Below, piece by piece: positions 10,287-18,577 of a stretch of 64,000 nucleotides of DNA. The DNA is from Kiritimatiellia bacterium (GTDB taxonomy: Bacteria > Verrucomicrobiota > Kiritimatiellia > RFP12 > UBA1067): assembly GCA_045617985.1 (NCBI GenBank), contig JAZLJP010000118.1, positions 25,087 through 89,086 on the forward strand, in the 5' to 3' direction. Made by a program: the position numbers and the translations under genes. Each line of letters begins with the position of its first letter. Position 1 is the first letter of the stretch. Below the pieces are notes generated by a model. It was given only the letters and a program-made list of their open reading frames with translations, was not told the DNA's origin and made no database searches.

Positions 10287-10988
10287 TTACAGTTCAACGG
10301 TGCTCCGCTGGAGCAGCAACACCGGCGAGGCGAAATGCCCCGCGTCCTTCAACGCCGCCACGAGATCCTTCCGATAGGACGGATCGAGCAGCCGCACCTG
10401 ATACGAGAATTCCGCCGCTTCGCCCTGCACGGCGTCGCACACGCCCAAAACACAGAACGAACTACAGTATCTGACGAGGATCGACTCGAGCGCCGCCTCG
10501 GCCTCCTTGTCGCCCGTCTTCATCGAGAAGCGCAACATGCCCTCGTAGTCGCGGCGGCTCGCAAACGGCAGAACGTGGAGAAGGAACGCCGTGAGCGCAA
10601 AAAAGAGCGTACCCGCCACGGCCACGAAGAAGGCCCCGGCGCCGCAGGCGATGCCCGCGCCAAGGCAGGCGAAAAGGAACACCGCATCGCGCGGATCGCG
10701 AATGGGCGTACGGAAACGGATGATCGTGAGCGTACCGAGAATGCCGAGCCCGCGCGCGAGGTTGTTCCCCACGGCCATGATGAGCATGCAGGTGACGATC
10801 GAGCCGAGCACCATCGACTGGATGAACGAACGCGAATAGGTGAACCCGCGGAACGTGAACTGGTAGAGCACCGCCGAGACGAGCGAAAGGAGGAGCGCAA
10901 GCCCCATCGAGACGAGAATCATCTCGGGCGAGAGCGCCTGGCCGCCACCGAGGAACATCGAAAGGTAATCATTGGAATTCGGATTCAC
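10287..10988 (-). CDS. DUF4956-family membrane protein (usual partner of bacterial VTC/polyphosphate-polymerase-domain proteins)
   Basis: 233 aa. N-terminal half has 3-4 TM helices; C-terminal soluble domain. Size, topology and its position immediately downstream of the VTC-domain gene fit the DUF4956 family. Confidence 0.55.
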   Translation of the reverse strand: MNPNSNDYLSMFLGGGQALSPEMILVSMGLALLLSLVSAVLYQFTFRGFTYSRSFIQSMVLGSIVTCMLIMAVGNNLARGLGILGTLTIIRFRTPIRDPRDAVFLFACLGAGIACGAGAFFVAVAGTLFFALTAFLLHVLPFASRRDYEGMLRFSMKTGDKEAEAALESILVRYCSSFCVLGVCDAVQGEAAEFSYQVRLLDPSYRKDLVAALKDAGHFASPVLLLQRSTVEL

Positions 10989-11009
10989 GATTTCATCTCC
11001 CCGTTCACA

Positions 11010-11816
11010 TCAAATGGCCGAAAGGACCGCCTGCTGGGCGGCATTCGTAGATGGGTAGCCCAGGAAAGCCCCCTCCCGCCAGATGGCCGTTGAATACTTG
11101 CAGTTGCCGCTGCGCTTCAAATCGAAGCGCTTCACGAGTTCAATCACCCAGGTGGGCACGGTGTTGTAGGTTTTCACCTCCAGCACCACCCCCGAGTACG
11201 GCAGGCCGAACCCCTGCGCCGTGCAGGAATCCATGCTCCGCCAAATGCCGCTGCGGCCAAAATCCGTCCAGGAATCCGTGCGCTGGTACTCGAGCTTGCG
11301 GTCGAAGGTGATGCGCACGTAGTCATCCACCACGCCGATGTAGGATTCGCGGATATAACGCACGAGCGTCTCCGGGCGGGCCCCCGTTTCCCACACCACG
11401 CGGCGGAACTTGAGAAAGTCGATTTCCTGCTTCTTGTTCTTGAAGATCGGCGGCACGCGCGTGCCGTAGACCAAAGCCTCGTTCCATTCCCTGAACGGAA
11501 CCGAGGCGCGGGCCTTCACGATCGTCCGCTCGAACTTCGCCTTGATTTCGGCGAAGATCGGCGCCGAACCGATTTCACCGTAGGTCCGCACCCGCATCTT
11601 GAAACGCGCATCAAGCTCGTCTTCCTTCGCGTAGTGGAGCGCGTAGTTCGGCGTTTCAAGCTGGAGCGTGGTGATCATGTATTCGGGCGGATCGCCGCGC
11701 GTGTTGGGGTCGGGCTCGCAGAACGGGCGTACGAACTCGCGAATCCCCGCGACCTGCGATCGCGGGATGATGTATTTCGACTCGTAACGCGAAACAATGT
11801 CCGCCGCCGCCGCCAT
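11010..11816 (-). CDS. VTC/CYTH-like (triphosphate tunnel) polyphosphate-polymerase-domain protein
   Basis: 268 aa, soluble. N-terminal RYESKYIIP matches the ExK(Y/F) opening strand of CYTH/VTC tunnel enzymes. Basic residues are spread along predicted beta strands. Paired with a DUF4956 gene as in other bacteria. Confidence 0.6.
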   Translation of the reverse strand: MAAAADIVSRYESKYIIPRSQVAGIREFVRPFCEPDPNTRGDPPEYMITTLQLETPNYALHYAKEDELDARFKMRVRTYGEIGSAPIFAEIKAKFERTIVKARASVPFREWNEALVYGTRVPPIFKNKKQEIDFLKFRRVVWETGARPETLVRYIRESYIGVVDDYVRITFDRKLEYQRTDSWTDFGRSGIWRSMDSCTAQGFGLPYSGVVLEVKTYNTVPTWVIELVKRFDLKRSGNCKYSTAIWREGAFLGYPSTNAAQQAVLSAI

Positions 11817-11818
11817 CG

Positions 11819-13666
11819 TCAGTCGCTCACCCTCACTTTGAAAAACGCCTTGTTCCCGGCCCGCGGCGCCACGAGCGCCTTCGCCTTGCCGTCGCCGTCC
11901 GCCACGGCCCCAACCGCCGGCCAGGGGCTGGGAGTGGCGAGATCGGTCGCCGAAAGGAGCTGATACTTGAGGCCCGCGCGCGTGCGCACGCCTACGTTCA
12001 CCATGTCCGCCAGGCAGGAAATCGTTTCAATGCCGTCCGTCGCAAGATCGGCGTACTCCGGCGCCGCGAGCGCATTCAGCGTGAGCGTTACCGTCTTCGT
12101 CTTCCCTTCCGCAGGGTCGACATCGTAGTAGGCCGGGATCTCCAGTTCGTCCCCCTCCTTCGTGACGATCGTGTGGTCAGTCACCTTCGCCTTCTTCTCG
12201 AAGACGAGCGGCGTGCGGCTGTTCGCATCCGCATAGGCTTCCGCCACGCTCTTCGGCTCCGGCACGGACGCCGTGCGCCCGGGGATGCTCACGAGGAGGT
12301 TGAACTCCGTCCCCGCCGGGAACGTGGGCAGGCGCGGCTTCACCGTGAACGCCACGTTGTTCGTCACACCCTCGAGGAGGAGATACTTTCCGCTATAGCC
12401 TGCAATCGGCAGCGTGCCGTAGTAGGTGGGCTGGAAGAAGGTGGTTTTCCCCACTTCCGTAGAGCCGGAGCCGATGCGCTCGGCGCCCACGCCGTCCGTC
12501 GCCACCACGATGCCGCCGCTGATCGTGAGCCTCTTCGCCTTGTTCACATCGAGGCCATGCGCGAGCGGCGCGGTCGCGTAGGCGCGCAGGCTGCCGCCGC
12601 TGATCGTCATGTCGGCGTTCGCGTCCAACACGTCGTCGAACACCGAAACGCCGCGGAACGTGCCGCCGCGCACGAAGATGTTGCCGTTCGCGCTCACGCA
12701 GTCGTCGCCCGCCACGAGGTCGAACGTGCCGCCCGTGATGGTGATGTCGGTTCCCGCCGTGGAATCGTTCGTGAAGATCTCGCTCCCTTCAAGCGGCAGC
12801 TCCGCTTCGAAGTCGCCGCCGTTGATGGTGATCGACGACTCCGCCTTCACCGCGCTCAGGGTCGTTGGATAGTAGGCCGCGGTCATCTTCGAAGTGATGT
12901 TCGTCATGAACGTGTACGAGCCGCCATTGAAGACGATCTTGCCGCCGCTCACGAAACGCCCCTCGGGGCCTTCGAATTCGGCCTTCACTTCGCCGTCCGT
13001 AAAGGTGGCCGTGCAGGATCCCTTGAGGTCGATCGCGCGCGACTTCGTGCCGGCGATTTCGGCATTGAACTTGCCGCCTTCGAGCCGAAACGTGGTGCTC
13101 TTCGAATCGAAGGTCACGCCGTGGAACTCGTTCGTGCAGTTCTTCTTGTTCATGTCCACCTTCATCTTGCCGCCCGTCTGAAGGTAGTTGCCCTTGAGGA
13201 AGATGCAGGAGGTGTCGCTCTTGTCGTTGTCGAAGGTCACCGTGGTGTCGCCGCCCTCGACCGTGAGGTTATTGCACACCAAAACGCCCGAACGCGTGCC
13301 GGAATCCGTAATGCGCTTCTCGCTGAGGAGTTCGAGCGAGCCTGAGCCGGTGATGACGAGGTTCGTCTTTTTCGTCGCCTTGATGCACTCCTTGTTGTCG
13401 TCGAGCATCTGGAACACGTTCTGCGTTCCGTCCACGAGTTCGATCGTATAGGTAACAGGCGAGGCCTCGTTCGCGCTGCGCAACTTGAGCGAGCAGTTGG
13501 TGAACGTGACGCCGTTCAAGATGATCTTCGTATTGGTACGACAGCTCTTGTCGACGTCCGTCGTATAGGGGCCGGAAAGAGTGATATCGGCATCGCCCAG
13601 GCAACTGCAGGCCCACAAGAGGCCGATGCCCGCAACGGAACGGATCATCGTCGTCGTGTTCTTCAT
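11819..13666 (-). CDS. secreted right-handed beta-helix repeat protein (carbohydrate-binding-like)
   Basis: ORF 11819..13807, but the true start is probably MKNTTTMIRSVAGIGLLWACS at 13666 (signal peptide). That removes the apparent overlap with the nucleoside hydrolase gene. Repeated GG(T/S)F..., ITI(S/T)GG, N/D/T-rich beta-helix coils throughout. Confidence 0.65.
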   Translation of the reverse strand: MKNTTTMIRSVAGIGLLWACSCLGDADITLSGPYTTDVDKSCRTNTKIILNGVTFTNCSLKLRSANEASPVTYTIELVDGTQNVFQMLDDNKECIKATKKTNLVITGSGSLELLSEKRITDSGTRSGVLVCNNLTVEGGDTTVTFDNDKSDTSCIFLKGNYLQTGGKMKVDMNKKNCTNEFHGVTFDSKSTTFRLEGGKFNAEIAGTKSRAIDLKGSCTATFTDGEVKAEFEGPEGRFVSGGKIVFNGGSYTFMTNITSKMTAAYYPTTLSAVKAESSITINGGDFEAELPLEGSEIFTNDSTAGTDITITGGTFDLVAGDDCVSANGNIFVRGGTFRGVSVFDDVLDANADMTISGGSLRAYATAPLAHGLDVNKAKRLTISGGIVVATDGVGAERIGSGSTEVGKTTFFQPTYYGTLPIAGYSGKYLLLEGVTNNVAFTVKPRLPTFPAGTEFNLLVSIPGRTASVPEPKSVAEAYADANSRTPLVFEKKAKVTDHTIVTKEGDELEIPAYYDVDPAEGKTKTVTLTLNALAAPEYADLATDGIETISCLADMVNVGVRTRAGLKYQLLSATDLATPSPWPAVGAVADGDGKAKALVAPRAGNKAFFKVRVSD

Positions 13667-13676
13667 GGCAGACTCC

Positions 13677-14699
13677 TTATTTGCCCTTGGCGCGCGGGCC
13701 GCGGGCGATGAGTTCGTCAACGATCTTGCCCACTTCGGCCTTCGGGGTCTTGACCGTGAGCACGTAGTGGTTCCCCTTCTCGTCCTTCGTCCAGGTGTTG
13801 TAGCCACGCCCCTTCTTCATCGTGATGTCGAAGCGGCCGCGTTCCACCCCGAAATAGGCCTCCCGGCCACGCACCGCCGCGAGGGCCGTGATTTCATCCC
13901 ACGCCGCATGGCCGCGGTTCGATTCCCCGTAGTCGTGAAGCGCCCGCTTGAAGGCGTTCCTTACGGGGTTCGCCTCGTCGGCCAGGCGCGCCGCCGGTAC
14001 GCCGCAGTACACGTCGCGGCCATAGACGCAATCCAAGACGTAAATGGGCGTGGGCCATTGGGCAAAGGCGATTTTGGTGGATTCGCCGTCCATCATCGAA
14101 TTGTATTCGAATCCGTTCGGAAAACGACACGCCATCGCGTACCAGGCATTCACCTTTTTCGCGACGAGCGCACGCCCGTCGAGCGGCGAGGCGGCATCGC
14201 CCTTCGTTTCAAGCAGACGGCGCAGATTCGTCGTGAAGCCCACGGAAACGATCGTCACGCTCTTATCCGGCGCCGCGGCGAGAAGCTTGCGGTAGACCTC
14301 GTTCGCATCCGGCACCGGCTCCACGCCCGGATGGTGCCTCACCGCCGAGCTCGCCTTCACCATGTCCGCATAGATGCGATAGGACTTGTTCTTCACCGCC
14401 CCCGGATCGTTCTCCGGCCCCACGCCGATTCCCTTCGGCTCCGCCACGGGCAGATTCGCCCGGCCATAGAAGGCATTGATGATTTCGATCATTCCCACGG
14501 CCTGCGACCCGCGCGTGGAAGCAACCGTGCCAATCAGCTCGCACTCGCCCGCATCGGCAAGCGTATGCAGCACCGCAAGAGCCCCCACATCGTCAAAATC
14601 CGTGTACATATCCGTATCGAAGATGATCTTCGGCACGGCAGAAAACACCGATAAGCCTGCGACAAGCGCGCATGAAATGAAGATAAAAAATTTTTTCAT
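13677..14699 (-). CDS. inosine-uridine-preferring nucleoside hydrolase family protein (secreted/lipoprotein-like)
   Basis: 340 aa with a signal peptide. N-terminal IIFDTDMYTDFDDVGALAVLH carries the IUNH Asp-cluster (DxDxxxDD) signature. Confidence 0.8.
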   Translation of the reverse strand: MKKFFIFISCALVAGLSVFSAVPKIIFDTDMYTDFDDVGALAVLHTLADAGECELIGTVASTRGSQAVGMIEIINAFYGRANLPVAEPKGIGVGPENDPGAVKNKSYRIYADMVKASSAVRHHPGVEPVPDANEVYRKLLAAAPDKSVTIVSVGFTTNLRRLLETKGDAASPLDGRALVAKKVNAWYAMACRFPNGFEYNSMMDGESTKIAFAQWPTPIYVLDCVYGRDVYCGVPAARLADEANPVRNAFKRALHDYGESNRGHAAWDEITALAAVRGREAYFGVERGRFDITMKKGRGYNTWTKDEKGNHYVLTVKTPKAEVGKIVDELIARGPRAKGK

Positions 14700-14706
14700 A
14701 TAGGAA

Positions 14707-14715
14707 ATTATAGCA
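14707..14715 (-). promoter_or_regulatory. extended -10 promoter element TGCTATAAT, 7 nt upstream of the nucleoside-hydrolase ATG
   Basis: Reverse complement of 14707-14715 is TGCTATAAT. The ATG is at 14699. This implies a leaderless or very short-leader transcript. Confidence 0.35.
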
Positions 14716-14770
14716 TAACCCTAAAAAAGACACAACAGGTCATTTCGCCCTTGGGCTATGCGAACGGGGG

Positions 14771-14844
14771 CATCTGAGTCCTTCACCGCGCTTTCCTCTT
14801 GTTCACGCCTAGAGCCTCGCGGGCGCGTGGGAAACGGATGGCGG
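14771..14844. repeat. ~75-nt intergenic repeat element, copy A (paralogous to 32462-32539)
   Basis: CATCTGAGT..TTCACCGCG..CCTCTTGTT..GCC.AG.GCCTCGCGGGCG..GGGAA.CG..GGCGG shares ~80% identity with the second copy. Sits directly 3' of the 14845..17949 gene stop. Confidence 0.5.
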
Positions 14845-17800
14845 TCAGTAGAGGCGTTTGCCGTAGACGAGGAATTTTTCGAGGGCGAACGTGGCACGCT
14901 TGCTGGGGGCGACCGGCTTCACCACGATGAAGCGCGCGCGTTTCGGCGTTTTCGAAAGATCGAGGCGGGCTTCCGTCGCCGTGACCGTCATTGCGCCGAG
15001 GGATTGCCAGGTTTCGCCGTCGTCGGAAATCTCCACGGTGAGGGCGGGCAGCTTCGGCCCCACCACGCGCACGCCCGCAATCTCCGTGTCGCCGCCGAGG
15101 CGCTGGCCGATCCAGAGGTCGCCGTCGTCCATTGCGGCGACGGCCGGTGGCCCCGCCTTCGCAACGCGGAGGGGCGAAGCGTCCAGAAGCTCGCCGTGGC
15201 GCTCGCTCTGATCGTGGCGGCTCGCCTTCGTCATCCGAACGAGCGAACGATCGGAAACGAGCTTGCCGCCGAAATCGGCCTCCGGGTAGGCCGCCGCGCC
15301 CGGGCGCGCCGCCGGGAGCGGGAAGAATTTCGCCATCGCCTCCCTGAGGCGCTGGACGGCGCTTGGATTATCCCGCGCCTCCATCTGCGAAATGAGCGCG
15401 CGCCACGGCTTGACGTCGCGCACGTCCGTACTCCCCAGGGCGGCGGCCACGGCTGCGAAGAAGCGCTCTTCGTACTTCGCGCGCCCGAGGTAGCGTTTCA
15501 CGCCGCGCTGGAGAATCTGGGCAAAATAGTCCTTGCTCGTCTTCTGGGTTTCAAGCGCCTCAAGGTAGATATCGAAAAGTTCCTGGGAGGACGAACGGAA
15601 CGCGGAATCGAAGACGTCGAGCACATAGCCGAAATCCTGCGGCTCGGGATAGCGCCCTTCCTCTTCCTTCGTCGCCTCCAGGAAGCGTTTCACCCACGCG
15701 CGCCGCAACTCGGGCTTTCCCGCCTGTACAAAGACGTCGAACATCTTGTTGAGAAGCTCGATGTTGCCCGGAATCTTGTTCGGCATCGTCTTGAGCACCG
15801 CCTCGCCCAGGGCCGACCATCGTTCGACCGACCGGGGCGCCACCTCTTCGAGATACCACGCCCAGTCCATCGCGGCATGGAGATGCCCCGGCACCGTTTC
15901 CATCGCATGCCGGTAGAGGGCGCCCACCTCGTCGCGGTAGGTTTCCCTTCCGCCCAGGCGCGCCGCCGTACGCCGCGCCCCCGCGAACCACCGCGGAAAT
16001 TCGCGCGCCTCAAGCGGCGTTTCCTCGTAGAGTTCTTCGCCGAGGAGGATGTTATGATAGCCGCCCCACTTCATGAAGATGGACCACTTGCCGCGCGTGT
16101 AGGGCTTGATGTTGTAGTGCTTTTCCCACCGTTTCGGCCCGCCCTTCTGCGGCCGCACGAGGAACGCGCAGTGCGCGGGCTGCCCAGCCGTGACCGCCAT
16201 GAGGCCGTGCGCGTGGCCGAGGGTCACGGCAAAGGACGAAATCATGTTGCACACGCCGCCGATTTCCGTCGCCACCGTATAGCGCGTATCGGTATGCGCC
16301 CAGGGCTGGTAATAGGCGGCCTTGAACACCGATTCGCCGAAACAGTTCCGCAGCCGATACGGCACCTGCCAGCCCTGCTTGAAGAGGCGCGCGTAGGAGC
16401 AGTTCGCAAAGGCGTTGAGCGCGAGGAGGTCTTCGGGTTTCGTACGGTCCCAGGGAAAGAGAAGATAGCGCCAGCCGTAGACGTCAAGGTGCTGCACGCG
16501 GTCGTGAAGGCGGCCCGAGCGCGCGAGGTCGCGGAAGATCGCAAGCGTCTTCACCGTATTGACCTGATTTGACGCCGCCGCCGGGAAGTTCAGCGAAAAG
16601 GCCGTCGCGGCCCGGCGGAGAAGCGGATCTTTTTCCACCTCCGGCAGATTGAAGACGAACGTCTCCAGGTTCTGAAGCGCCGCGCCGCCGCCGAAGTGCA
16701 AATGCCCGGATCCGGCAAACGCCTCCATCCACTCGCGATCGGCGAAGAACCGCTCGAGGAACGCATGGCCGCCCGCGCGATGGCAGATTTGCGCAATCGC
16801 GTTCGTGCTCGTTTCCGAAAGGATGAACGCGCGCACGAGGGAGGTGCGTACCGATAGCGGCAGAGCGGGCGTGAGATCGTGCGCCGAAATCTTGTCCAAG
16901 ACGGCGCAATCCGCCCTGAGGCGCGCCGTCCACGCGGCCGCCGCGCGCGCGCCGTCCACGGCGGAACGGGCTTTCAGCACTGCGGCCTTCGGCGCGGCCT
17001 TCAGATACTTCTTCGCCTCGGGCGCCTCTTCGCGGAGGAGGAACCCCACCGCCGCTTTGCCCCAGAAGGTGTCAGCGCCCATCGCGGCCACTTCGTCGAG
17101 CAGCTTCACGTTCTCGGCCTTCTTCCCCAGATCGAGGCGGTAGAGCGCGTAGGCGAGGAGTTTCACGCCCTGCTTCTGGTTGAGCGTGAGGTGGGCCGCC
17201 GGCTTTGCCGTTTCGCGCGCGAGGAAGGCCTTCGCCTCGTCGAAGCGCTCCGCCTCCCGAAGCGCGTTCAACTCCTTGATGAGAGACGTGCAGTTGCCGA
17301 GCGTGAAGCGGCGCTGCCAGCCCGTCTGATCAAGCGGATCGACTTTCTTGAGTTTCGCGAAAACAGCGCCAAGGCACGTCGCTTCGATCACGCGCGCATC
17401 GCCCACGCCCTGCGCGAAAAGGTGGAGCGCCTCGCCATAGAATTCCGCCTCTCTGAGAGGGTTTGCACAGACGCCCGCCTGCGCGCACAAATAAAGGGCG
17501 CGCGCGTGGACGGCCTCCGCCGCCTGAATCCGGCGCTTCAGATCGGCGGCCGTCGTCGTGATCGGCAGGTTCTCGAGAGCGAGAAAGCCGCGGCCCTCGG
17601 CATCGCTCGCGAAGAGCGCCGGCAGGCGCACACTCCCGAGGTCGCCCCGTTTCGCCCATGCGTTCGCCCGCTTGATCGCGTCCGTCACCCGGTCGGCATC
17701 ATCGAGAACGCCGAACACGTAGCGGTTGGTGAGAGCCTGCACGAACGCGGGCGAACGGAACACCTTCAAAACCTCCCGCCCGCTCGCGCTCCAGTCGCTC

Positions 17801-17949
17801 CCGTAGGCGTAGACAAGCATCCCCTTCCCCGCCGCTTTCGCCTCGGAAAAGATGTCCGCAGAGGCGGCAAGCCCCCATCCGCCGCACAATCCAACCAAGA
17901 CAATCGCGATTCCCCAACGCTTCAACCAGGTTTGTTTAAAATTTTTCAT
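14845..17949 (-). CDS. large secreted protein with a transglutaminase-like cysteine-protease core and C-terminal discoidin (F5/8 type C)-like domain
   Basis: ORF 14845..18051. The signal peptide starts at MKNFKQTWLKRWGIAIVLVGLCGGWGLAASA (17949). GGVCNMISSFAVTLGHAHGL...HCAFLV resembles the TGase-like GVC...H motif. The C-terminal beta-sandwich segment ...ARFIVVKPVAPSKRATFALEKFLVYG is discoidin-like. Confidence 0.55.
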   Translation of the reverse strand: MKNFKQTWLKRWGIAIVLVGLCGGWGLAASADIFSEAKAAGKGMLVYAYGSDWSASGREVLKVFRSPAFVQALTNRYVFGVLDDADRVTDAIKRANAWAKRGDLGSVRLPALFASDAEGRGFLALENLPITTTAADLKRRIQAAEAVHARALYLCAQAGVCANPLREAEFYGEALHLFAQGVGDARVIEATCLGAVFAKLKKVDPLDQTGWQRRFTLGNCTSLIKELNALREAERFDEAKAFLARETAKPAAHLTLNQKQGVKLLAYALYRLDLGKKAENVKLLDEVAAMGADTFWGKAAVGFLLREEAPEAKKYLKAAPKAAVLKARSAVDGARAAAAWTARLRADCAVLDKISAHDLTPALPLSVRTSLVRAFILSETSTNAIAQICHRAGGHAFLERFFADREWMEAFAGSGHLHFGGGAALQNLETFVFNLPEVEKDPLLRRAATAFSLNFPAAASNQVNTVKTLAIFRDLARSGRLHDRVQHLDVYGWRYLLFPWDRTKPEDLLALNAFANCSYARLFKQGWQVPYRLRNCFGESVFKAAYYQPWAHTDTRYTVATEIGGVCNMISSFAVTLGHAHGLMAVTAGQPAHCAFLVRPQKGGPKRWEKHYNIKPYTRGKWSIFMKWGGYHNILLGEELYEETPLEAREFPRWFAGARRTAARLGGRETYRDEVGALYRHAMETVPGHLHAAMDWAWYLEEVAPRSVERWSALGEAVLKTMPNKIPGNIELLNKMFDVFVQAGKPELRRAWVKRFLEATKEEEGRYPEPQDFGYVLDVFDSAFRSSSQELFDIYLEALETQKTSKDYFAQILQRGVKRYLGRAKYEERFFAAVAAALGSTDVRDVKPWRALISQMEARDNPSAVQRLREAMAKFFPLPAARPGAAAYPEADFGGKLVSDRSLVRMTKASRHDQSERHGELLDASPLRVAKAGPPAVAAMDDGDLWIGQRLGGDTEIAGVRVVGPKLPALTVEISDDGETWQSLGAMTVTATEARLDLSKTPKRARFIVVKPVAPSKRATFALEKFLVYGKRLY

Positions 17950-17955
17950 TCCTCC

Positions 17956-17964
17956 ATTATACCA
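17956..17964 (-). promoter_or_regulatory. extended -10 element TGGTATAAT immediately (6 nt, GGAGGA) upstream of ATG 17949
   Basis: Reverse complement of 17956-17964 is TGGTATAAT. The same 9-mer recurs upstream of at least four other genes in the window. Confidence 0.35.
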
Positions 17965-18058
17965 TAAAATCCCCTCGCCATGAACAGAGCGAAAAAATCG
18001 GTCCTTGGCGCCTGGTGTGGCCCCCCGAGTTTCACCCTTTGACTTTTTCACCTCCCCT

Positions 18059-18184
18059 TCATGCTTCCTGTTTTTCCTTCGCTTCGTTTTCCGGCGTGGC
18101 CTTGCCCAGGCAATGCCCCATCAGGAAGAGGCCGAGGACGGAACCGAGGGAGACGGCGACGATGACGATGACTTTTGTCAGCAT
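18059..18184 (-). CDS. small hydrophobic membrane peptide (41 aa) between the anti-sigma gene and the TGase-like protein
   Basis: I translated this by hand: MLTKVIVIVAVSLGSVLGLFLMGHCLGKATPENEAKEKQEA. Below the 60-aa ORF-track cutoff. Weak RBS. Confidence 0.3.
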   Translation of the reverse strand: MLTKVIVIVAVSLGSVLGLFLMGHCLGKATPENEAKEKQEA

Positions 18185-18223
18185 GGATTTGATCTTTCTT
18201 TTTTGTTGTTTGTGGTTAAAAAA

Positions 18224-18577
18224 TCAGGGGGTGGGCTCGTCCTCGTCCTTCCGCCGGCCGGACTTGGTGCGGCGGAAACACTCCCGCAGACAGCCGAGGA
18301 ACATCCAGCCGGTAACCTGCGACGGCGCGCCTCCCGTCGTGCCCGCCGTCAAAACGGCCTCGCAGGCCGAGGCCGCCTTCGGGCGCGGCATGACCCCCAA
18401 TGCGAACCCCACCGCCGCGAGAATCACGCCCACGAGAACCACCCACCGCCGGCGAACGTGTTGCTTTCGCCGAACTTCCGCTAGCAAGCGGCTTGAAAAA
18501 TCGTCCGGCAGATGTTTCGCCGCCGTACAGCGTTTCAGCCGATCGCCGAAAATCAAATCGAATTCCTCATCGGTCAT
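18224..18577 (-). CDS. anti-sigma factor (single-pass membrane, cognate to the adjacent ECF sigma)
   Basis: Start MTDEEFDLIFGD overlaps the sigma gene end by 11 nt. Cytoplasmic N-domain, one TM helix (WVVLVGVILAAVGFALGV), short periplasmic tail. Confidence 0.6.
   Translation of the reverse strand: MTDEEFDLIFGDRLKRCTAAKHLPDDFSSRLLAEVRRKQHVRRRWVVLVGVILAAVGFALGVMPRPKAASACEAVLTAGTTGGAPSQVTGWMFLGCLRECFRRTKSGRRKDEDEPTP

Noticed and set aside
18005-18484. Plus-strand ORF with an acidic EDGTEGDGDDDDD stretch
   Set aside because: Low-complexity and antisense to the anti-sigma gene and to the small membrane-peptide ORF. No RBS.
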